From a virus: a stretch of 64,000 bases of DNA. The stretch's first letter is position 1, and each line of letters opens with the position of its first letter. Of the stretch, positions 38,647 through 47,183 are shown piece by piece. Under the pieces are notes generated by a model, which was not told the origin of the DNA, made no database searches, and saw only the letters and a list, made by a program, of their open reading frames with translations. The position numbers and the translations under genes are program-made. The stretch covers positions 96,001 to 160,000 of the IMG/VR virus record IMGVR_UViG_3300049830_000285; one strand, written 5' to 3'.

Positions 38647-39090
38647 TCAAACTGAAGACATTTCATCCCACGCTGTCGGTGTAGTTGTTTTAATTCGTTC
38701 AGCAATTTTGTGCAACAACCAGCCCTCAAGCTGTCCATGTTCATCAAAATTGTATCCAGAATCAAGACAAGCTTTGTAAAGTCGATAACCCTCCATTGGC
38801 CGGCCGAGTAAATTATCCATCATGATGTGCATTTGCTCGATGAACATGTCTTCTTGGGCGTCAATATCTGGATTTTTGCGCAATTCTTCAGCCTCTTCTT
38901 CTGTCAACCCGAACATTGGGTCACAGACTGGATTTGGAAGCCCATCTAAATAATACGTTGGGTCGTTGCATTCAACAAGTCCAAAAACTCCAAGCTGCCA
39001 CTCGTCGTATTCCTGGGTGCTGCGCATTAAATGAAAATCAGGAACAATTTCACCGTAACTTTCTGCTTTGGTTATGCATTGTAAACACAT
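38647..39090 (-). CDS. Hypothetical protein
   Basis: MCLQC N-terminus; TGCTACAAT-N5-ATG. Confidence 0.6.
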   Translation of the reverse strand: MCLQCITKAESYGEIVPDFHLMRSTQEYDEWQLGVFGLVECNDPTYYLDGLPNPVCDPMFGLTEEEAEELRKNPDIDAQEDMFIEQMHIMMDNLLGRPMEGYRLYKACLDSGYNFDEHGQLEGWLLHKIAERIKTTTPTAWDEMSSV

Positions 39091-39313
39091 GCCCTATTGT
39101 AGCATATTTTTTTTGGGTGTAGGCTCCGGTGGCAAGAATATAAAGAGCTTGTTCACACTTTCTGCCTTGTTGTTACGTGTCTTTCACGCCCTACTCGTGT
39201 CTAATCTCTCGTTATTCCGCGATTTGTGTCTTCCAATGTCCTGACCACGCGGCGATAAGACTTCGCCAGTTTTCGCTTTGTTGTTTGTTTTCCACCCAAA
39301 ATATTATAGCATA

Positions 39314-39793
39314 TTAAGAAGGAAGTCTTTTAACTCTTTGGTGCCAAGAATCGTCTTCATCTAAAATCTTAAATTTTGCGCCTCTTTCCATATAACGATG
39401 TAAGTCCATCGTGGCTTTTCGAACTTGTATCATGCAATCTTGAGCAACAGCTTGTTTCTTTTGCAGAGTTTCATCAGGATTATTTGTCACTGCGTCGGAT
39501 AAATCGTTATCTACTTGAGTAACAATGCTGCGATATGTGAGCATCGCATATATTTCAAGTTGTTGTTGAAGATTCTCGTATGCCTCTGGATTTCTTGCTG
39601 GCAAAGAGCGCAAATTCTTATTAGCGCCTGCTCGTTGAAGAAAACGTTTCTTGAGTTCTTCAGCTAATTTATAGCTTTGATTAGGCATATGGGCACCGCG
39701 AATTCTTGCGTCCATATCTTCTTTAGCCAATCTAGCCAAAGAATCCGCAAATGCATCCCATGTGTCTTGGATTGATGCTGTTCGATACCACAT
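39314..39793 (-). CDS. Hypothetical protein starting MWYRTA
   Basis: Start placed by similarity to the N-terminus of 58502..59242 (MWYRLA). Confidence 0.55.
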   Translation of the reverse strand: MWYRTASIQDTWDAFADSLARLAKEDMDARIRGAHMPNQSYKLAEELKKRFLQRAGANKNLRSLPARNPEAYENLQQQLEIYAMLTYRSIVTQVDNDLSDAVTNNPDETLQKKQAVAQDCMIQVRKATMDLHRYMERGAKFKILDEDDSWHQRVKRLPS

Positions 39794-39891
39794 GTAATTG
39801 ATTTCGTATTTGAAGTCAAACGCACCTATGTCGTGAACATTGACTTGTCTTAGTACAAGAGAATACACGTGTCTTGGTTTGAGGTATATTA

Positions 39892-40110
39892 GTGATTATG
39901 TTAAAAAAAGATAGAAAAATACGTGGAATAAAACAAAGCATTAGAAAGCAAGTCTTTGCAAAATACCCTAATTGTGCTTATTGTGGTCGCAAATCTGAAA
40001 ACATTGACCATGTTATTCCGCGCTCAGAGGGTGGTTCTAATGAACTTAAAAATCTCGTCGGTTCTTGCGTAAAATGTAATCAGCGTAAAAGAAACTGGTA
40101 TCTAGGCTAG
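39892..40110 (+). CDS. Small HNH endonuclease
   Basis: CAYCG..IDHVIPRSEGGSNELKNLVGSCVKCNQRK. Confidence 0.88.
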   Translation: MIMLKKDRKIRGIKQSIRKQVFAKYPNCAYCGRKSENIDHVIPRSEGGSNELKNLVGSCVKCNQRKRNWYLG

Positions 40111-40127
40111 GGCCTTTCCGCCCTAGC
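40106..40127. terminator. Hairpin between convergent genes
   Basis: GCTAGGGC-CTTTCC-GCCCTAGC; no strong U-tract. Confidence 0.5.
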
Positions 40128-40130
40128 AAA

Positions 40131-40703
40131 TCACTGACCTTTCCCTGTGGAGTCATATTCATAGGTTACTTTATATAACGCATGATTCTGACTATGGAAC
40201 ACCACGATTCCTTCTGGTGAAGGGAATCCCTTGGCAGCGATAGAACCAGTTTCCTGGAGTCTGTTCATTACCTCGTCAACTTGTTCCGTTGAGAACTTGT
40301 CGATTCTAGCTAAAACAGGAACAACATAACACAGCGGCGCTTCAATACATCGGCAATCCTCTGTATCTGTGTGCCATTGGTGAGTGTTGAACAATGAAAA
40401 TCTCTTTTCATTTAATCCATAACCTCTACCTAATCCTGAACCCCACCATTCACCGTAGTGAATACCGTAGCCAAGTTGAGATATAAGCTCTTTCTTGTTC
40501 TTTTCTACCCAGTTGGCGAACCCTTTGTAATCATCTTGTGGGGTGATAAACTTGGTTCGAGATTGACAGAGAACATCTCCTTCGTCTGTTACGACTATGG
40601 CTACGTTCGCGCCGTCAATTTTTTCAGTAACGATAACTTCTCGCTTGAGGCGAGCTATTTTGGGAAATTCTTGAAATTCCAATTTGTATTGTCCTTCCAC
40701 CAC
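40131..40703 (-). CDS. ATP-dependent RNA ligase (nucleotidyltransferase domain)
   Basis: Motif I VTEKIDGAN, QSR, HYGEWWG, FSLFN, PEGIVV, final K. Confidence 0.85.
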   Translation of the reverse strand: MVEGQYKLEFQEFPKIARLKREVIVTEKIDGANVAIVVTDEGDVLCQSRTKFITPQDDYKGFANWVEKNKKELISQLGYGIHYGEWWGSGLGRGYGLNEKRFSLFNTHQWHTDTEDCRCIEAPLCYVVPVLARIDKFSTEQVDEVMNRLQETGSIAAKGFPSPEGIVVFHSQNHALYKVTYEYDSTGKGQ

Positions 40704-41012
40704 TTATTCACTTTTGGAGAATAAGACCCAACATTAACGCAGTAATGTCCTGCGCTCCACTACATTATTTAACGAGAATGCAGACTCGTTTGATATTATA
40801 CTATCAAATCGTCATTTTGTGAACAATATTTCTCTTTTTTGCAAGCCATTCGTAATATTGTTTCAATTCTTCATCGGTGAGATTGTTAATTAACAGCGAA
40901 TCCATTGAGAAAGCATTGCTGAATTCCCTTTTCTGTTTCGTAGCTAATACAATCTTGAAACTTTGTTGCCACCAAAGAAGCCGTGATTTAAGATTCATAG
41001 TATGTTTATACC

Positions 41013-41276
41013 TTAATCTACGTACTTATTCGGCGCATCTGCGTCAAGAATTATCTTTTTGCCGTCTTCAGTGAGGCGATAAATCCAAGCTGTATATTGA
41101 GACTCATCATCTCCTGTTTCTTGGAATGACAATAGTCCCTCGCTGCGACCATATTCTGCTGCTTCAATTTGAAACTGCGCACGTTTATCATCAATACGAA
41201 TAAAATCAGCGTTGCCGTCTCGAAATGCTCTTACGAGACTAACTAAGAAGTTGTAGTGTGGGTCGTGTTCATACAT
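41013..41276 (-). CDS. Hypothetical protein, winged-helix-like end
   Basis: YRLTEDGKK at the C-terminus. Confidence 0.5.
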   Translation of the reverse strand: MYEHDPHYNFLVSLVRAFRDGNADFIRIDDKRAQFQIEAAEYGRSEGLLSFQETGDDESQYTAWIYRLTEDGKKIILDADAPNKYVD

Positions 41277-41640
41277 TGTTTTCAGTATATCCCTTTTTAG
41301 GAGTAAGTTTACTCATTAATTCAAATTTTGGTGTCTTTTTTCGAATGGCTATTTGGATAATATTCCAATCACCACTGTCGTAAAAATCTTTATTTTCTAT
41401 TCCAAGCTCTAATATTTCATCCAAAATGCAATACATTCTTGTTGAAATGATTTTTTCATCTACATTGAATTCACTTAAATCACGAGTTAAAAAATTCAAA
41501 TCCCAAGCAAGTTTTTGAGCTTCAGATAATTTTCGCAATTCCCAAATCAGTTTTTCTAAATGGCGTCTTTTATCCCAGGGTAAAGTTTCCATTCCAAAAG
41601 ACCAAGCCATACCTGGCGTCCAAGGCGTTTTCGGTGACAT
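41269..41640 (-). CDS. Hypothetical protein
   Basis: ORF overlapping its downstream neighbour in the minus-strand run. Confidence 0.5.
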   Translation of the reverse strand: MSPKTPWTPGMAWSFGMETLPWDKRRHLEKLIWELRKLSEAQKLAWDLNFLTRDLSEFNVDEKIISTRMYCILDEILELGIENKDFYDSGDWNIIQIAIRKKTPKFELMSKLTPKKGYTENNV

Positions 41641-41692
41641 AAATGTTTACATTACGCTTGAGCGCGTTTGAGGAAAATGGTATAATTCAAGC

Positions 41693-42103
41693 ATGTACCC
41701 ACTTTACAAAGACATTCGAGAGAAACTTGGCGCTCCGTTATGGCATGATTCTCACGGCGTTCCACGCTACGCTGAGTTTCATCCAAGTCTCTTAGGAGTA
41801 TACGATGAGTACGCCGTACTCTTCTTGGTGCAATGCCAATCTTGTCATCAAGTTTTTCCCTGCGCCGTTGGACATTCAAAACATGTTTTCACTAGCGAAA
41901 TGAAGGTTTTGAAAGATGTGCATGAATTTATTCAAGATTATGTTGGTTGGGGCGATGCTCCACACCATGAAGATATTCCACAATGTGCTGGAACTACTAT
42001 GAGTACAAGTGTAGTAAAATTGCTCAGTGTTTGGGAGAAAAATCGTCACTGGGAACAAGTTGAAATTACTCAATCTATGACCGATTTAGTAACTGATTAC
42101 TAG
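41693..42103 (+). CDS. Hypothetical phage protein
   Basis: TGGTATAAT-N6-ATG; PLWHDSHGVPRY..CQSC..GDAPHH. Confidence 0.65.
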   Translation: MYPLYKDIREKLGAPLWHDSHGVPRYAEFHPSLLGVYDEYAVLFLVQCQSCHQVFPCAVGHSKHVFTSEMKVLKDVHEFIQDYVGWGDAPHHEDIPQCAGTTMSTSVVKLLSVWEKNRHWEQVEITQSMTDLVTDY

Positions 42104-42324
42104 ACTATACTTTCCACAAAGATGTAAGTTTCCAACCCATTTTACGAACTTTTTCTGCCGCTCGGTCGCAATATTCGCAAAATTCGATATTCACCCATTT
42201 GCCGCCATCGACTTTGTACATGTGAATATCCCCTTGACAGGGCTGCTCGTCGCTAGACGCGCATTTTTCTTTGGTGCATGCCATAATAGTTGGATACAAA
42301 AGGAGAGCTTGTATTTGAGGAAAA

Positions 42325-42399
42325 TGGTGGGCCACGAAGGAATCGAACCTTGTCCTACACCGTGTCGAGGTATTGTACTACCATTATACGTCGCAGCCC
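42325..42399 (-). tRNA. Atypical tRNA-Val(GAC)
   Basis: Loop UC-GAC-AC (C33); acceptor GGGCUGCG/CGUGGCCC folds 8/4; UUCGAUU T-loop; A73, encoded CCA. Confidence 0.7.
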
Positions 42400-42404
42400 G
42401 TTGT

Positions 42405-42722
42405 TTATCGCGATTTAAAATATTTGTTTTGCGGCATATACCAGAAATCTGGACTGTTAAATTCTTCGTAATATGCCCACACTTCGCCCATAAAGATATC
42501 AGTAATACCTTGGTCAATACATTCTTTCATAGAGTGTACGCTTAAAACATTTGATATTCTGCCTTGTGAATCAACTCCGAATGCTATCCATCGTGCTTCA
42601 TCTGACGACCTAAAGTTGTATGTCTTAATGACATCGGCTTCAAAGCCTTTTTCTTTTAGTAAAGCTGCTAATCGTGCAGTAAGTGTGTTCGGCTTTACAT
42701 TCGCCACAATCATTTTAGCCAT
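42405..42722 (-). CDS. Hypothetical protein
   Basis: 105-aa ORF upstream of tRNA-Val(GAC). Confidence 0.55.
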   Translation of the reverse strand: MAKMIVANVKPNTLTARLAALLKEKGFEADVIKTYNFRSSDEARWIAFGVDSQGRISNVLSVHSMKECIDQGITDIFMGEVWAYYEEFNSPDFWYMPQNKYFKSR

Positions 42723-42744
42723 TGGTTGCTACTCACTCTTGATG

Positions 42745-43233
42745 TTAATATGATGATTTTAGTTCCACAACTAAATGAGGGTAAAGAATGGCGAGCGAAA
42801 CGTTGTCCTCTCCATCGTGATTTCTCACTCCCAAAAACTGTGCTTGTGGCAATATAAATTGTGAATTTTCCGGGCATTCATCTGAAGTTAGAACTTCCAT
42901 TCCAAGACGATGAGCTTTGCGCTCCGACGATGGATGACTTATTAAGTATACGCAATCCATATAATTTTCTAATATACACATTGCGCGATTAATCTCAGAA
43001 CTCACATTCGAAGGATTGATTTCAATAGCCTTTTGCAACATTTTAATTAAGGCAGCATCTTCATTTTCAATCTCGTCTTGCCATGTTATAAATTCCTCAG
43101 CATGTATAACCTTCGCCTCTCCATCGCGCCAAATAACGGCACATTGTTGCTCAACACCCTCTGGTGGTTCAATACTATATCTCGTGTTACAATACAGGTC
43201 ATCAAACAAAACTTTTTTGGTTAATTCATTCAT
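42745..43233 (-). CDS. Hypothetical protein with capsid-like C-terminal segment
   Basis: TGTATAAT-N6-ATG; VLTSDECPENSQFILPQAQFLGV. Confidence 0.55.
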   Translation of the reverse strand: MNELTKKVLFDDLYCNTRYSIEPPEGVEQQCAVIWRDGEAKVIHAEEFITWQDEIENEDAALIKMLQKAIEINPSNVSSEINRAMCILENYMDCVYLISHPSSERKAHRLGMEVLTSDECPENSQFILPQAQFLGVRNHDGEDNVSLAILYPHLVVELKSSY

Positions 43234-43263
43234 GCCTTTATTATACACAATCACTGATTATAA

Positions 43264-43339
43264 TGGTACTCAGAACAGGAGTCGAACCTGCATAAAACTC
43301 CTTGTAACGAAGCTGTTACTGCCTTTGCACTATCTGAGC
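43264..43339 (-). tRNA. tRNA-Val(UAC)
   Basis: GCUCAGA/UCUGAGU; GCUUC-GUUACAA-GGAGU; GCAGG-UUCGACU-CCUGU; ACCA. Confidence 0.85.
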
Positions 43340-43340
43340 A

Positions 43341-43661
43341 TTAATTGAAGGCTAAATCGCTGAGTATCTTGTCGTAGATACCACCCATTCCTTCTTCCTG
43401 TTGCTGAACAAGTTTGACAATATCTCGAATAACTTCTGAAGTGTTGGAGTTGATGTCAATATGTATTCTGTTTTTTTCATTGCTTAATTCCAAAAAATAA
43501 CAACCCTCGTTGCCAACTACTACCTTCCATTCTCCAACAAATGTTTGCCATCTGTCGTATCCTCGGTTAATCCGAGTCCATTTGAGTTTATTGTCACAAG
43601 TTTTCTTTTCGATTTCTTCGGCAATTTTCATTTGCTTATGGCTGTATTCTGTCATAAGCAT
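43341..43661 (-). CDS. Hypothetical protein
   Basis: ORF between two tRNAs. Confidence 0.55.
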   Translation of the reverse strand: MLMTEYSHKQMKIAEEIEKKTCDNKLKWTRINRGYDRWQTFVGEWKVVVGNEGCYFLELSNEKNRIHIDINSNTSEVIRDIVKLVQQQEEGMGGIYDKILSDLAFN

Positions 43662-43677
43662 CAGTTTACCATAAAAA

Positions 43678-43763
43678 TGGTCGGCATGGCAGGACTCGAA
43701 CCTACGTGAACTTTCGCTTCCATCTTATCAGGATGGCACTCTACCAATCTGAGTTACACGCCG
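43678..43763 (-). tRNA. tRNA-Ile(GAU) with 14-nt variable arm
   Basis: CGGCGUG/CAUGCCG; CCAUC-CUGAUAA-GAUGG; variable AAGCGAAAGUUCAC; ACCA. Confidence 0.85.
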
Positions 43764-43766
43764 AAA

Positions 43767-44252
43767 TTATTCTGTTTTCAAGCATTGAGCTATTTGCTTG
43801 ATTAAGGTGTCAGAAGTGACATAGGAGGCTAAACTGCAATAAAGAGAAGAAGACTGAAGTTCAGCAATGTAAGAATTAACCTTGGCAACAAGTTCTTCAA
43901 TGGCTTTCTTCTCAGTGCTATTTTTGTATTTGTAAGCCTTAATGATATCTAGTTTTTGTGTGAAAAATTCTATGTCAAACGTAGCATCTACATTACCAAT
44001 GTCAATAAGCTTTACTCCCTCAAATTGCTGGATGATATTTCGCTCATCTGGAGTCGTTGAACAAGTTACCATTGGGCCTTCAATAAAAACGTGCATGCCC
44101 ATATAATCATAAATTTGCACTTGATGCAATCGCGCAAACATGAGCGACATGTAGTCTTCATCTTCCAAAAAGATTTTGGTGTATTGGACTTCAGTTTTCT
44201 CTTCACCTAAGGTTCGAAAAGAACGACATGTGCTATGGCTAATCATAGTCAC
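43767..44252 (-). CDS. Hypothetical protein
   Basis: ORF in the minus-strand run. Confidence 0.5.
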   Translation of the reverse strand: MTMISHSTCRSFRTLGEEKTEVQYTKIFLEDEDYMSLMFARLHQVQIYDYMGMHVFIEGPMVTCSTTPDERNIIQQFEGVKLIDIGNVDATFDIEFFTQKLDIIKAYKYKNSTEKKAIEELVAKVNSYIAELQSSSLYCSLASYVTSDTLIKQIAQCLKTE

Positions 44253-44294
44253 AGCATACCTGAAAGTTGTTGCCGTTTTTAGGCGGCAACAATC

Positions 44295-44690
44295 TCATTT
44301 TCGTCGCTCGAAGCTCACCTCAACAGAATAGTATGTATCCAGATTAGCGCACCAACGAATCACGAGTGACCCCTTGAATGTACCAATACGGTAAAACGTC
44401 CACAGCAAATCTGAATCGTCTTCCGAAGAAGATTCATCAGCATATGCGACTGGGGCTCCGACGAGACTTTGTGGGTCTCCGCAGATATCCTCAATGTAAA
44501 CGAGTTCACAGCAATCCTGCCCGTGATACATGATGTAAGACTCCGTTTCGTCTACAGTAAACACGATTTCGTCGCGATTTACCTTGACATCACTTAATAT
44601 CTTTCCAACAAGGTCACTGAACTTTGGCGATGGTTGTCTAGTTGTTTGTATGTTTGTCATATCAATGTCGCGCAACAAACTATAGAACAA
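44295..44690 (-). CDS. Conserved phage hypothetical protein
   Basis: MYHGQDCCELVYIEDICGD..WTFYRIGT.KG..VIRW. Confidence 0.7.
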   Translation of the reverse strand: MFYSLLRDIDMTNIQTTRQPSPKFSDLVGKILSDVKVNRDEIVFTVDETESYIMYHGQDCCELVYIEDICGDPQSLVGAPVAYADESSSEDDSDLLWTFYRIGTFKGSLVIRWCANLDTYYSVEVSFERRK

Positions 44691-44788
44691 TTCTAATATA
44701 CTTCAAAAACCACCACTTATAAGCTTTTTTTGATTATTTTTTAAAAAGGCCTGAATTTCCGTGTCTCCATTGTCGTTTTATATATGTA

Positions 44789-45046
44789 ATGAAAAACTTA
44801 CGTAACATTAACCTCTCGCCAAAAACACAATCCGAAGTCTACGCTTGGATGACTTGCGCAATTCTCGCGCACACTCGAATGGGCGTTAGTTTTACTCCCA
44901 AGGGAGCGAAACTCGCAAAGGAGATTAAAATGGCTCCTGAAGCATTTTTAAAGGTAGTGGATGAGCTACAGAAAGAGAATGCGTTCGGCTTCACTGAGTT
45001 AACAAGCGAAGAAGCGGAAGAGCTTAAACGTTGGGTGAAAGAATAA
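44789..45046 (+). CDS. Hypothetical protein
   Basis: 85-aa ORF convergent on tRNA-Ala. Confidence 0.55.
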   Translation: MKNLRNINLSPKTQSEVYAWMTCAILAHTRMGVSFTPKGAKLAKEIKMAPEAFLKVVDELQKENAFGFTELTSEEAEELKRWVKE

Positions 45047-45064
45047 CATCATGTTGAAAAAATT

Positions 45065-45143
45065 TGGTGGAGGATACGGGATTCCAACCCGTCTGTTTTC
45101 TTCCTTGCAAAAGAAGCGACCACCGCCAGTAGTCCTATCCCCC
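45065..45143 (-). tRNA. tRNA-Ala(UGC), atypical
   Basis: GGGGGAU/AUCCUCC with G3.U70; UUUGCAA loop; A8; T-loop UUGGAAU; 7-nt variable loop; ACCA. Confidence 0.8.
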
Positions 45144-45500
45144 ATATTGTGACGTTGTTTCGTATGAATCATCAACGTCAAGTTTGTCATCCACTTTTGT
45201 GGATTTGTGAATGTCTCGCCACCCATAAGCGCGTGTCCTGGGATTGCACAATCCGCAATCCCAGGAACATCCAACAAATTTCTTTTTGCCCTCGTGTCTC
45301 CACTTGCCTTCGTTTCTGTAAAGGCGACGAAAGCATTTGGTGACAAATTCGTGGTTAGTTGGAACCAAGATGTAGCCTCTCTCTGGATGGCGAACATACA
45401 TCTCAGTTTCCTGAGATTCTTCTGCCCACCAACTACGATTCCAAATACGTCGTTTAATTAACGCAGTTTTTGCTCTGCGTTCAGCTCTTGTGTGTTTCAT
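45135..45500 (-). CDS. Hypothetical basic protein; stop overlaps the tRNA-Ala 5' end
   Basis: MKHTRAERRAK..CSWDCGLCNP; final GGG GGA TAG lies inside the tRNA. Confidence 0.6.
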   Translation of the reverse strand: MKHTRAERRAKTALIKRRIWNRSWWAEESQETEMYVRHPERGYILVPTNHEFVTKCFRRLYRNEGKWRHEGKKKFVGCSWDCGLCNPRTRAYGWRDIHKSTKVDDKLDVDDSYETTSQYGG

Positions 45501-45610
45501 TATCCTGTCTTAGATGGCTATGCCGTCTAATACACAGAATGTTTTCCAAAGTATTTCATGAGTTCATTATACTACGAAATACTCACGTTGAGGAAATTTG
45601 GTGGAGGAGG

Positions 45611-46327
45611 TTATCTTAATCTCGATTTTCGACCATTGCCTTTATTTAAAATACCGTATGTTGGAGTTAACGCATGACAATTTGGGCAAATCAATTCTAG
45701 GTTTATTTCTTTAGAATCTGTTGAATCGCCGTTAATATGATTTACTTGTAACGGAATCTTTTTAGTAATAGGATGCTTTTTTGACCATCCACATTGTGAA
45801 CATTGCGCTCGATATTTTTCATGTAAAAACCTTCTAATATGATTGCTTATTCCCCCGCTTTTAGTGTTTCCAGAAATTTCACCTTGCTGCCATTTCGCAA
45901 TGTAATTTTCATATTGTAAATTTTTTCGATGAATAGTACAATATTTTGAACCTGTAGTTTTAACATTGCAAATACAACAATGATATGTTCGCTTAATAGC
46001 TTGTCCGTAGAAAGATGGTTTAATGTTTGGCAGCCCATCAATAGATTGCGCCTTGTCTTTACATATTCTAGAACAAAAGTGAAGTCCTGATTTGCTTCTT
46101 GAAAATTTGCTTTTTGACCGCGTTATTGTTTGATTACACCAAGCACAAAATTTTTCAATATTAGTGATTAAATTGACATGCTTTTGTCGGCACTCACGAG
46201 AGCAAAAATGAGATGGATGTTTGTTAATCTCTTTGTTTAATTTAAGAAAAGTTTTTTCACAACCAGTACATGTGACTTCTGAAGCTGAGCGATTTTTACC
46301 GTAACTATCTTTGATATATAGGTTCAT
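45611..46327 (-). CDS. HNH homing endonuclease with N-terminal Zn-finger repeats
   Basis: CTGC..FCSREC, CAWC..FCSRIC, QCSQCGW..LQVNHINGDSTD..NLELICPNCH. Confidence 0.9.
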   Translation of the reverse strand: MNLYIKDSYGKNRSASEVTCTGCEKTFLKLNKEINKHPSHFCSRECRQKHVNLITNIEKFCAWCNQTITRSKSKFSRSKSGLHFCSRICKDKAQSIDGLPNIKPSFYGQAIKRTYHCCICNVKTTGSKYCTIHRKNLQYENYIAKWQQGEISGNTKSGGISNHIRRFLHEKYRAQCSQCGWSKKHPITKKIPLQVNHINGDSTDSKEINLELICPNCHALTPTYGILNKGNGRKSRLR

Positions 46328-46380
46328 AATATAGCATTTAATCCGTTGGTGGAGTATACCTTCTTTGCGCTGTGTAAAAA

Positions 46381-46456
46381 TGGTGGAGATAGCGAGATTT
46401 GAACTCGCAACCTATTCAATGCCATTGAATTGCTCTCCCAATTGAGCTATATCCCC
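46381..46456 (-). tRNA. tRNA-Ala(GGC)
   Basis: GGGGAUA/UAUCUCC with G3.U70; AUUCA-AUGGCAU-UGAAU; ACCA. Confidence 0.92.
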
Positions 46457-46467
46457 AGTTGATATCT

Positions 46468-46541
46468 TGGTCGGCATACTAAGAATCGAACTTAGATAAA
46501 TCGGTTATCAGCCGAACCCTCTACCATTGAGGTATATGCCG
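46468..46541 (-). tRNA. tRNA-Ile(GAU)
   Basis: CGGCAUA/UAUGCCG; UUCGG-CUGAUAA-CCGAU; CUAAG-UUCGAUU-CUUAG; ACCA. Confidence 0.92.
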
Positions 46542-46545
46542 AGGT

Positions 46546-46619
46546 TGGTAGGCAGTGAAGGAATCAAACCTTCACTTCTCCCTAATCAGGGGAGCAGTCT
46601 ATCATTAACTTAACCGCCC
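46546..46619 (-). tRNA. tRNA-Ile(GAU) with U37
   Basis: GGGCGGU/ACUGCCU; CUCCC-CUGAUUA-GGGAG; D-loop lacks GG; T-loop UUUGAUU; ACCA. Confidence 0.8.
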
Positions 46620-46634
46620 ATGTGTGGAATAAAT

Positions 46635-46713
46635 TGGTGGAGGGCACGAGACTCGAACTCGTCTGCTGTCCATATTGCAAGTATGGCAATCACACCAGGC
46701 AATTCCGCCCCCC
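46635..46713 (-). tRNA. tRNA-Ala(UGC), atypical
   Basis: GGGGGGC/GCCCUCC with G3.U70; CCAUA-CUUGCAA-UAUGG; G8; 7-nt variable loop; ACCA. Confidence 0.85.
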
Positions 46714-46730
46714 ATGTGTGATTAAAATTG

Positions 46731-46805
46731 TGGTGGGCGATGAGGGATTCGAACCCCCGACCAATAGAATGTAAATCTACTGCGCTTCCGCTGCGCCAAT
46801 CGCCC
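46731..46805 (-). tRNA. tRNA-Val(UAC)
   Basis: GGGCGAU/AUCGCCC; GUAGA-UUUACAU-UCUAU; UUCGAAU T-loop; ACCA. Confidence 0.92.
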
Positions 46806-47145
46806 TTGGTATTTCACACAATCCAGCGTGAATTTTAGCATGACAGTTTCTACATACCAAAACGCATTTATCCATTTCAGCTTGTAGTCTTTTCAGTGAA
46901 ACCATCTTTCTGACCAATGTTGCTACACAATCATCTTTGTCTTTAAGATGGTGAAAATCTAAACATACGATTTCTGATTCTCCACAACAAACACAAGGAT
47001 TTTTTTGCTTCCATGCGTCTACATGGGCTTTATTTCTTTCTCGCTTACCCTGTCTATGGAATTTAGCATTTTCTTTTTTTCGTGCAGCATTTACTGGATT
47101 AGCATACCAATTTTGGTGATAGATTTTTCTTTCTTCGGCGTTCAT
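46777..47145 (-). CDS. HNH endonuclease; 3' end overlaps tRNA-Val
   Basis: CVCCGESEIVCLDFHH..KCVLVCRNCHAKIH; paralog of 48887..49249. Confidence 0.85.
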   Translation of the reverse strand: MNAEERKIYHQNWYANPVNAARKKENAKFHRQGKRERNKAHVDAWKQKNPCVCCGESEIVCLDFHHLKDKDDCVATLVRKMVSLKRLQAEMDKCVLVCRNCHAKIHAGLCEIPRAIGAAEAQ

Positions 47146-47183
47146 AGGTGTTTATTCTTATACATATGTTTACACACCTCTTT

